DNA of 24,000 nt from an uncultured Oscillospiraceae bacterium (GTDB lineage Bacteria; Bacillota; Clostridia; Peptostreptococcales; Anaerovoracaceae). The position numbers were made by a program, and so were the translations under genes. The DNA is taken from positions 4,068 to 28,067 of the forward strand of contig CAYVFH010000007.1 in NCBI GenBank assembly GCA_964450985.1, written 5' to 3'. Shown piece after piece: positions 9,239 to 16,447 of this stretch; the stretch's first letter is position 1, and every line of letters starts with the position of its first letter. The notes under the pieces were generated by a model. It was not told the origin of the DNA. It saw only the letters and a list, made by a program, of their open reading frames with translations, and did no database searches.

Positions 9239-9991
9239 CTAGGTAACGATTACCTTCCCAAAACCTAGTTCCACCGCCAGATTTCGTAATTCTTCCATGG
9301 TCTGGTTATTGGGTACTTTCAAGCCCTTCAGCATTTCTTTTCGCACCCCCATGGGTCGATATTTTATCAGCCGGTAGGTGGCTTGCTTTCTGTACTCTCC
9401 CAAGAGGCATGCCACGGTGCGAATGGTTTCTTCCGAGTCGGTTCTCCCCGGAACCACCACGGTGCGGATCTCTTCCAGTTTCCCACTTTGGGCCAAAAAA
9501 ACCAAATTGTCCAACACTTGGACGTTGGAAGCGCCAATTAGTTCCCGATGCATCTCCGGGTTTCCTTCCTTCACATCCAAGAGAATACCGTCCGTCACTT
9601 TCAGAAGCTCCGGGTCCTTTCGAAAATCATAGGACCCGTTACTGTCAATCAACGTGGTCAAGTCCCCTCCCCCCGGAGCCTTGCCTTTCCCCCGCTCTTT
9701 TATATCCGAAAAAAAATCTCTTAGAAACTCCGGATGTAATGTACATTCCCCACCGGACACGGTGACTCCCCGCACAAAGGGGGCATTGGCCAACACTCGA
9801 TTCGTCACCTCCGCCGGGGTCATCCAGGTAAGGGAAACCGCAGGATCCTTTAAATCGATGGTTTCCGGATTGTGGCAATAGGCACAATTGAAATTGCAGC
9901 CTTGAAGAAATACGGCCGTGCGATTTCCACGGCCGTCGACAATGCTATGATTGAGAATCTTATGGACGGGAGCCTTGTGATCTTGATTCAT
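9239..9991 (-). CDS. yjjW: Glycyl-radical enzyme activating enzyme (radical SAM), YjjW-like
   Basis: N-terminal SIVDGRGNRTAVFLQGCNFNCAYCHNPE, that is the GRE-activase G-rich motif plus CX3CX2C (codons at 9898..9875). 250 aa. The start is 3 nt after the stop of the GRE gene. Confidence 0.85.
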   Translation of the reverse strand: MNQDHKAPVHKILNHSIVDGRGNRTAVFLQGCNFNCAYCHNPETIDLKDPAVSLTWMTPAEVTNRVLANAPFVRGVTVSGGECTLHPEFLRDFFSDIKERGKGKAPGGGDLTTLIDSNGSYDFRKDPELLKVTDGILLDVKEGNPEMHRELIGASNVQVLDNLVFLAQSGKLEEIRTVVVPGRTDSEETIRTVACLLGEYRKQATYRLIKYRPMGVRKEMLKGLKVPNNQTMEELRNLAVELGFGKVIVT

Positions 9992-9994
9992 GGA

Positions 9995-11599
9995 TTATTC
10001 TTCCTCTACCTTTCTCACTTTTCTCTCTTCAATTTTGGATTTCTGTCGAGAGGTGAGCCCCAACACCACGGTGTCATTTAATACGGCCTCTCCTTTTTCC
10101 AAGGCATCCATATCGCTTCGTTTCACCAGATATCCAGTAATCCGAATCACGTCGCTGTCGCTGGAATAGGTAGAAATGTATCGCATGCCGGAGTCAAATG
10201 CACCCTTAAATATATCCAACACCGCCTCCGGGTTTTTCGCTGCCGTAGAATCAAAGGGGAAGATATCTCCTGTGCCCGATGGGAAGTATTTGTGGAACAG
10301 TGCTGCGTGGCGGATATGGTCGTATAAAGGAAGCTCGCTGCCAATGGCAATCCGAGTTCCGGGGCTAATGCCGGAATCCGCATCGGTTCCCACCTGGGCA
10401 TGAAGCATGAATCGTCCTTTCCAGAAAGGACAGTGAGGATTTTCATGATGATCCACTCTGTCTTTTATGAAATCCATGATTTCCAGAGCCAGGTTGTCTG
10501 CCCCCACGTCATATCCGAACTTCCCGTCCTTCCCCTCTTTTTCCATCAAGGTATTGACGCACTCATTCATCCCCACCACTCCAAAAAGTCCATTGAATCG
10601 GTCCGGCTGAATAAAGCCTTCCTTCACCAGAAAGTTGGTTCGGAAGAAGGGTGTCTCATTCACTAAAAATTCAATTTTTGCATCCATAAAAGCCAACATG
10701 GTATCAATGGCCCATGGCAAAGCCCGAGTCATAAAGTCTTCTTTGTCCTTGGCCCCTTCTGCCACTCTGGCCAAAATCAATCGGGTCAATGTATAAGCGC
10801 CACCGGCTACGGGCAACCCGTTGTAACAACTGGCAATGCCGTAATGATCTCCCAACTCCTCACGGAAGAGAGAATCCTTGGCAAAGCTGGGCTTGGCACA
10901 ATCCAATGCGGTTTCGATGGCTAACGCACCCAGTTCGTCCGGTGTCACCTTGGGATCGTAAAGCAAGGTCAGATTAGGCGTTGAATCTTGCAGCACCCTT
11001 TCGGCCCGCAAAATCAAGCGAATGGTTTTGCTGTCCTCCGGGCCGATGTTCCCATGACAAAATGAATCGAAAACCGTACGGTCGATGGTTCGTAAAAACA
11101 TTTTGATCATTTGAAAGGAGGTTTCCTCTCCCCCGGTTTTTTCGATTTCCTTCACTACAAAGGGCTCCAGCATTCGGTCCAGTCTTCCGATATACACCGG
11201 GAAATGAGTGACCGAAGGAACGGAAGAATACATGGCCAGCAAAGCCGTTAGGGCATCCAGCAAAGTTTCCGGAGGCGAAAGACGAAGAAAATCAGACCCT
11301 TTTTCCATCAGCTTGGCATAGTCCGGTAATATATATCGGGGCATATAGGTGACATCCCCTTCGTTCAGGTCGCAAATCCAACCCTTTGCCTTCATGTCCC
11401 GATAATCCGCCTCCACCTGGGCATCCATTCCCGGGGTATCCAAAAGATCCCGACCCGCCGCCGCCAGTGCATAGGTCATTTGGTGAGGGGTCAATGTTTC
11501 ATCGGTGATAATGACTTTCACCTTGTCTTGATGTTGGGCTAAAGTCCACCTTTTTCCTTGTTCTTCTGCCATTTTCATGCCTCCTTCATATTCTATCAT
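9995..11599 (-). CDS. yjjI: Short glycyl-radical enzyme, YjjI family (substrate unknown)
   Basis: About 530 aa, much shorter than PFL-type GREs, which is the size class of E. coli YjjI. C-terminal glycyl-radical fingerprint VIRITGYLV (RITGY at 10144..10130, Gly codon 10135..10133), 46 residues from the C-terminus. Immediately followed by a cognate activase. Two equally good SD-ATG pairs exist: ATG 11599 (AGGAGG + 9 nt) and ATG 11572 (AGGAGG + 7 nt). Confidence 0.8.
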   Translation of the reverse strand: MIEYEGGMKMAEEQGKRWTLAQHQDKVKVIITDETLTPHQMTYALAAAGRDLLDTPGMDAQVEADYRDMKAKGWICDLNEGDVTYMPRYILPDYAKLMEKGSDFLRLSPPETLLDALTALLAMYSSVPSVTHFPVYIGRLDRMLEPFVVKEIEKTGGEETSFQMIKMFLRTIDRTVFDSFCHGNIGPEDSKTIRLILRAERVLQDSTPNLTLLYDPKVTPDELGALAIETALDCAKPSFAKDSLFREELGDHYGIASCYNGLPVAGGAYTLTRLILARVAEGAKDKEDFMTRALPWAIDTMLAFMDAKIEFLVNETPFFRTNFLVKEGFIQPDRFNGLFGVVGMNECVNTLMEKEGKDGKFGYDVGADNLALEIMDFIKDRVDHHENPHCPFWKGRFMLHAQVGTDADSGISPGTRIAIGSELPLYDHIRHAALFHKYFPSGTGDIFPFDSTAAKNPEAVLDIFKGAFDSGMRYISTYSSDSDVIRITGYLVKRSDMDALEKGEAVLNDTVVLGLTSRQKSKIEERKVRKVEEE

Positions 11600-11633
11600 T
11601 ATTATATACCTCCTTTTGAAAAAACAAAACAGG

Positions 11634-11661
11634 TTAAAAGCCCGTGGATTTGTGCTATAAT
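11634..11661 (+). promoter_or_regulatory. Extended -10 promoter for the ABC exporter operon (possibly leaderless)
   Basis: TTAAAA (11634..11639), a 16-nt spacer, then TGcTATAAT (-10 at 11656..11661), then 7 nt (GACCGTT) and the ATG at 11669. No SD-like purine run precedes the ATG. Confidence 0.4.
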
Positions 11662-11668
11662 GACCGTT

Positions 11669-13426
11669 ATGAAAAGAATATTACGTATATATATCCCCTA
11701 TATCCCATTGATTTTCCTTACAGGCGGCTTGATTATTATGCAAGCACTGCTTCAGTTGGAATTACCCAAGCTGATGGCACAGATCATTGATCAGGGAATC
11801 GTGCTGGGAAACTTATCACTGATATATGGTACGGGGGCTACTATGCTGGGGCTGACTCTCCTGGTATGCATAGCCGCAGTCTCCGTTTCTTTTTTGGGTG
11901 CTCGGATTTCTTCTCGCTCCGCTGCCAAACTGCGTTCCAACCTGTTCGATCAGGTCACCCGATTCGGTAGTGCAGAAATCGAACACTTTGGAACCTCCTC
12001 CTTAATTACCCGAGCTACCAACGACGTGCTGCAAATTCAAAATACTTCGTTAATGCTGCTCCGCATGGGATTCTTCGCCCCCGCCATGGGTATCGGGGCT
12101 TTATTGATGGCCATTCGAACCAATCGAGATTTGACCTGGACCATCGTAGTGGCTTTGGCCGCCTTGTTGATACTGATTGTCATTTCCGTCTCCTTATCAT
12201 TACCAAAATTCAGAATCCTACAAAAGCTGATGGACCGACTGAATCTAATCGTCAACGAAAGACTGTCCGGTCTATTAGTGATTCGCGCATTCCACCGGGA
12301 AACTTCCGAAGAACAACGATTTGACAAGGCGAATATGGATTTGATGAAAACCAATCTTTTCGTCAGTCGACTCATGTCCTTCATGATGCCGGGCATGACA
12401 TTGATCATGTCTTATGGTTCTCTCTTGGTGGTTTGGGCCGGAGCCGGACTGATTCAACAAGATCGGCTGGCCATTGGAGATATGATGGCCTTTATCCAAT
12501 ATGCCATGCATGTGGTCATGTCATTTTTGTTTCTCACTATGTTTTTCATCATGTTGCCAAGAGCCATGGTCTCCGCTCAGCGTGTACAAGAGGTGCTTTC
12601 CATGGAGCCTAGAATTTCCGAAGTCTGTTTGGAAGACCAGGAAAATTTATCTCTGAGCACCCCGGGAGAGGTGGTCTTTGAAAATGTGTGTTTCCGCTAT
12701 CCCGATGCCGAGGAAGATGTACTTCATGACATTTCCTTTCGAGCAAAACCAGGTACCTGGACCGCCATTGTGGGGGGTACCGGCTCTGGAAAATCCACCC
12801 TCATTAATCTTTTGCCACGATTCTACGATGTAACCCAAGGAAGTATAACCGTAGACGGAGTAGATATCCGTCATCTTTGCCACGAAAATCTAAGGCAACT
12901 GATCGGTTATGTCCCCCAAAAGGGTGTCCTGTTTTCCGGCTCCATTCGCTCCAATGTCACCTATGCTAATCCGGAAATGGACGAAACCACCTTGACACAA
13001 GCCATGAAGATCAGTCAATCCTATGAGTTTGTGGAGGAAAAGCCGGAGGGGTTGGAAACATCCATCGCCCAGGGAGGCACCAATGTGTCGGGAGGCCAAA
13101 GGCAGCGACTCAGCATCGCCCGGGCCATCGCCAAGAATTCTCCCATATATATCTTTGACGATAGCTTCAGCGCTTTGGATTTCGCCACAGAGGTGTCTTT
13201 GCGCAAGGCCATGCTCCACTCTTTGGGAAATCGAACGGTTTTTGTAGTGGCTCAGAGAATTAGTACCGTAAAGGATGCCCATCAGATCGTCGTGTTGGAA
13301 GAAGGAAAAGTGGCTGGGATTGGAACACACTCACAGCTATTGGACACTTGTCCCGTATACCGGGAGCTGGCAGCCTCTCAGCTTCAGATTACTTCGGAAG
13401 GGGGTAATGCCAATGGCAGGTCCTAA
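11669..13426 (+). CDS. ABC exporter half-transporter (TMD-NBD), subunit with degenerate ATPase motifs
   Basis: Six-TM type I exporter domain followed by an NBD. Walker A GGTGSGKST, signature VSGGQRQR, Walker B IYIFDDS (Asp at 13160..13162 where the catalytic Glu is expected), switch loop VVAQRIST (Gln at 13253..13255 instead of His). Start chosen at MKRILRIYIPY, the typical family N-terminus. The ORF-track extension to 11558 overlaps yjjI and is rejected. Confidence 0.9.
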   Translation: MKRILRIYIPYIPLIFLTGGLIIMQALLQLELPKLMAQIIDQGIVLGNLSLIYGTGATMLGLTLLVCIAAVSVSFLGARISSRSAAKLRSNLFDQVTRFGSAEIEHFGTSSLITRATNDVLQIQNTSLMLLRMGFFAPAMGIGALLMAIRTNRDLTWTIVVALAALLILIVISVSLSLPKFRILQKLMDRLNLIVNERLSGLLVIRAFHRETSEEQRFDKANMDLMKTNLFVSRLMSFMMPGMTLIMSYGSLLVVWAGAGLIQQDRLAIGDMMAFIQYAMHVVMSFLFLTMFFIMLPRAMVSAQRVQEVLSMEPRISEVCLEDQENLSLSTPGEVVFENVCFRYPDAEEDVLHDISFRAKPGTWTAIVGGTGSGKSTLINLLPRFYDVTQGSITVDGVDIRHLCHENLRQLIGYVPQKGVLFSGSIRSNVTYANPEMDETTLTQAMKISQSYEFVEEKPEGLETSIAQGGTNVSGGQRQRLSIARAIAKNSPIYIFDDSFSALDFATEVSLRKAMLHSLGNRTVFVVAQRISTVKDAHQIVVLEEGKVAGIGTHSQLLDTCPVYRELAASQLQITSEGGNANGRS

Positions 13427-15260
13427 GATTCGCCCCGGACGAGGTCCTGGCAGTGGAGGGGGTCCGGGGGCAGCCATGATGCCGGGAGAAAAACCGAAAA
13501 ACTTCCGTGGAACCATGTCCACTTTGGGTGGATATTTAAAACCCTATCGCGTGAAGCTGGTACTGGCATGCGTAGCCGCCCTATTTTCAGTGGTGTTTTC
13601 TGTGGTATCTCCATTGATACTTGGAATGGCTACCGACGTGGTAGCAGACTCTGTGTTGACGGATCAACCCTTGGACTTCACCAAGCTAGGTCAATTTATA
13701 GTGGTTTTACTTTTTCTATATGGGGTGTCCGCCTTGTTTTCCGGGTGGCTGGGTTTTCTCATGGCGGGAGTGGCTCAGAAAATCAGCTATCAACTCCGAA
13801 AGGATTTATCGGAAAAACTGGATCGCCTGCCCCTCTCCTATTTCGACCACCGAACCCATGGAGAAATCTTATCCCGGGTGACCAATGATGTGGACACGGT
13901 GAATACCACACTCAATCAAACCCTTTCCCAAATCGTTACCAACGGAATTACCATTTTGGGGATTTTGGTCTTGATGATATATATCAATCCCCTCATGACC
14001 CTCATCGCTCTGTTGACCATACCCCTCTCCTTATGGGTCATCCGTCAAATCGTGAAACGCTCCCAAGGACACTTTAAGGATAATCAAAGGTTTTTGGGAC
14101 AAGTAAATGGCCACATCGAAGAAATGTTCTCCGGCCATATTATTGTGAAAGCCTTTAATGGGGAAAAACAGTCCAAAGAAATCTTTGAGAACTGGAACCA
14201 CCAATTGGCCCGGGCCGGAGAAAAATCTCAATTCTTATCCGGCACCATGATGCCTCTTATCAACATGATTGGTAACCTGGGTTTCATTCTGGTCTGCGTG
14301 GTGGGAGGTACCTTAGCCTTCCAAGGCCGCATGACCATAGGAAGTATTCAGGCCTTTGTCCAATATATTAGAACCTTCAACCATCCCATCGCCCAGCTGG
14401 CCAATGTGGCCAACGTGCTTCAATCTACCGCCGCAGCGGCAGAGCGGGTTTTTGAGGTATTGAAGGAAGAGGAGGAGCTGCCGGATTCCGAAAAGGAATC
14501 ACCTTTGGGGGTGGATCAGGTTCGTGGTGAAATCACCTTTGACCATGTTTCTTTTCACTATCCCACCCAGGAGGAGAACCCTCAACCTCTCATCAAGGAC
14601 TTCCACTTTGTAGCCAAACCAGGTCAACGAATCGCCATTGTGGGTCCTACTGGCGCGGGTAAAACCACCATCGTCAAGCTCCTACTACGTTTCTATGAGC
14701 TGACTAGTGGAAGAATTCTGGTAGACGGAGTGGATATCACCACCATCCCCAGAAAAGAATTGCGTTCTATCTTCAGCATGGTGCTTCAGGACAACTGGCT
14801 ATTCAGCGGTACCATCGAAGAAAACATTGGATATGGCTCTGCCAATCCTACTAAAGAAGAAATTGTGAGTGCCGCCCACTCTGCCCATATCCACCATTTC
14901 ATCAAAACCCAACCCGGCGGATACCATATGGTCATCCAGGAAGAAGCCGGTAATTTGTCCCAGGGACAAAAGCAACTGATGACGTTGGCCAGGGCTTTTC
15001 TGGCGGATTCTCCCATTCTCATATTGGATGAAGCCACCAGCTCTGTAGACACCCGTACGGAAGCACAAATCCAGAAGGCCATGGCACAGCTCATGGAAGG
15101 GCGAACCAGTTTTGTCATTGCTCATCGCCTTTCCACCATTGTGGATGCGGATGTGATATTAGTGATGAAAGACGGGGATGTAATAGAAAAAGGAACCCAC
15201 CAGGAGCTGCTGGCTCAAGGTGGATTCTACAAAACCCTTTATGAAAGTCAATATCTATAA
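13413..15260 (+). CDS. ABC exporter half-transporter (TMD-NBD), canonical ATPase partner subunit
   Basis: N-terminus MAGPKIRPGRGPGSGGGPGAAMMPGEKPKNFRGT, typical of the second subunit of Firmicutes heterodimeric exporters. Walker A GPTGAGKTT, Walker B ILILDEATS, switch His in IAHRLST. The signature is non-canonical: LSQGQ (14955..14969). SD GGAAGGGGG lies 7 nt upstream. There is a 14-nt overlap with the upstream gene. Confidence 0.9.
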   Translation: MAGPKIRPGRGPGSGGGPGAAMMPGEKPKNFRGTMSTLGGYLKPYRVKLVLACVAALFSVVFSVVSPLILGMATDVVADSVLTDQPLDFTKLGQFIVVLLFLYGVSALFSGWLGFLMAGVAQKISYQLRKDLSEKLDRLPLSYFDHRTHGEILSRVTNDVDTVNTTLNQTLSQIVTNGITILGILVLMIYINPLMTLIALLTIPLSLWVIRQIVKRSQGHFKDNQRFLGQVNGHIEEMFSGHIIVKAFNGEKQSKEIFENWNHQLARAGEKSQFLSGTMMPLINMIGNLGFILVCVVGGTLAFQGRMTIGSIQAFVQYIRTFNHPIAQLANVANVLQSTAAAAERVFEVLKEEEELPDSEKESPLGVDQVRGEITFDHVSFHYPTQEENPQPLIKDFHFVAKPGQRIAIVGPTGAGKTTIVKLLLRFYELTSGRILVDGVDITTIPRKELRSIFSMVLQDNWLFSGTIEENIGYGSANPTKEEIVSAAHSAHIHHFIKTQPGGYHMVIQEEAGNLSQGQKQLMTLARAFLADSPILILDEATSSVDTRTEAQIQKAMAQLMEGRTSFVIAHRLSTIVDADVILVMKDGDVIEKGTHQELLAQGGFYKTLYESQYL

Positions 15261-15262
15261 AA

Positions 15263-15294
15263 TATCCTGTGATTCCATCTGCAATCACAGGATA
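15263..15294. terminator. Bidirectional hairpin terminator between convergent genes
   Basis: Perfect 12-bp inverted repeat TATCCTGTGATT / AATCACAGGATA with an 8-nt loop (CCATCTGC). It lies 2 nt after the + strand stop (15260) and 6 nt after the minus-strand stop (15301). A T-rich run (TATTTTATAG) follows on the minus-strand reading. Confidence 0.7.
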
Positions 15295-15300
15295 TAGATG

Positions 15301-16440
15301 CTATTTGTCATCATCCCGGAAACTGTGGTAGCCCCGCCCCTGGTACTCATCCCCCACGTTTCTTCCGGTGATGGTGTATTTTTTTAGAATCTTTTCCAGT
15401 TGGGGATTCTTCTCCAGCTCCTTCTCACAAAGCGCCTTCTCATAGGGGGTAAGGGTCTCCAATGGCTTCATATGATCTCTTATGGGCAGTGGCAAAAACC
15501 ACAGATACAGGCCGGGAGTAATCACCCACAGGTCCAGGACCAACCATGCCAGTACCCAATAAACCACACCCTCTCTTCCACTGATTTCAATGCCTCCATA
15601 AACAGAGGCTAAAAATCCCAGAATAAAGATAATCATCGGCATATAGAACCGTTCCAATCGACGGATTCCCTTTACCATAAGAGGATCATACCATAATTTC
15701 CGACGCTTCTTGGAGAAGTAGCTGGCCCCCCTGAAATTGGTATAAGCTACAAAAGTTGCATCTTTCATGTCCTGCCAAGTGGGCATTGTCGAGAATCCTG
15801 TGGTGTCTTCTTCTGTCTTCTCTGCCCCCTGGCCATAGGCCACCAGAGTCTCGATGGTTCTTCCTTCTCCCATCAGCTTGAGAGAAGCTTCTTGTTCCCT
15901 TTCCCCGAAGATAACCAACTGGTCCCCGGGGCGGAGGGATACGGTATCTTGATCCATTACCGCCACCAGATACCCGGACTCGCAATAGTATCCCCGGGCA
16001 TAATAGGGTCTGTCCTGTTCAAGAAATCCGGAAGGTAATTTTTGGTTTATTGCCTCCGAAGACAAAGTCAGCAATCGCAATTGGCCTACCTGTCCCTCTT
16101 GAACCATCAGATTGTAATCCTGAGCCTTCCCAAAGCTTTGTGTGGAAACACCTCCATGAAAGGTATGGGGCTGAAAAGGCTCCAACCGAAATGATTTTTC
16201 CCCTTGATGCACCAATACCAATTCCCCCGCCAGCAACATCAAGTGCCGTTGGTAGTGAGGAAGAGGCGTGAATAGGGAGGATTCTAACTGAATTTCCGCC
16301 CGACTCAACCGAAAAATGAAATCTCGATTTTCATAGGATGAGTTCTCCGGATATCGAAAAATCTCCCATGTGGTTCCACCGGACCAACGGGCTTCTATGG
16401 CCTCTTCTTTTCGGATGATTCCATAGGATTTTTCGCTCAT
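15301..16440 (-). CDS. HutD/Ves-family domain fused to a C-terminal two-TM membrane anchor
   Basis: The N-terminal ~210 aa match the HutD/Ves pattern: RWSGGTTWEIFRYP...DFIFRLSRAEI...LFTPLP.YQRHLMLLAGELVL...LEPFQPHTFHG...DYNLMV. The C-terminal part has two hydrophobic helices (FYMPMIIFILGFLASVYGGI and VVYWVLAWLVLDLWVITPGLYLWFLPLP) and a charged tail. ATG 16440 has SD AAAGGA and lies 7 nt after the upstream stop. The TTG at 16464 in the ORF track is rejected. Confidence 0.75.
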   Translation of the reverse strand: MSEKSYGIIRKEEAIEARWSGGTTWEIFRYPENSSYENRDFIFRLSRAEIQLESSLFTPLPHYQRHLMLLAGELVLVHQGEKSFRLEPFQPHTFHGGVSTQSFGKAQDYNLMVQEGQVGQLRLLTLSSEAINQKLPSGFLEQDRPYYARGYYCESGYLVAVMDQDTVSLRPGDQLVIFGEREQEASLKLMGEGRTIETLVAYGQGAEKTEEDTTGFSTMPTWQDMKDATFVAYTNFRGASYFSKKRRKLWYDPLMVKGIRRLERFYMPMIIFILGFLASVYGGIEISGREGVVYWVLAWLVLDLWVITPGLYLWFLPLPIRDHMKPLETLTPYEKALCEKELEKNPQLEKILKKYTITGRNVGDEYQGRGYHSFRDDDK

Positions 16441-16447
16441 TTCTTTT

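Noticed and set aside
11614-11629. Inverted repeat TTTTG-N6-CAAAA in the yjjI/ABC divergent region, as a possible regulator (FNR/CRP-like) site
   Set aside because: It is pure A/T low-complexity with 5-bp arms and does not match the TTGAT-N4-ATCAA type consensus. It cannot be distinguished from chance in an AT-rich intergenic spacer.
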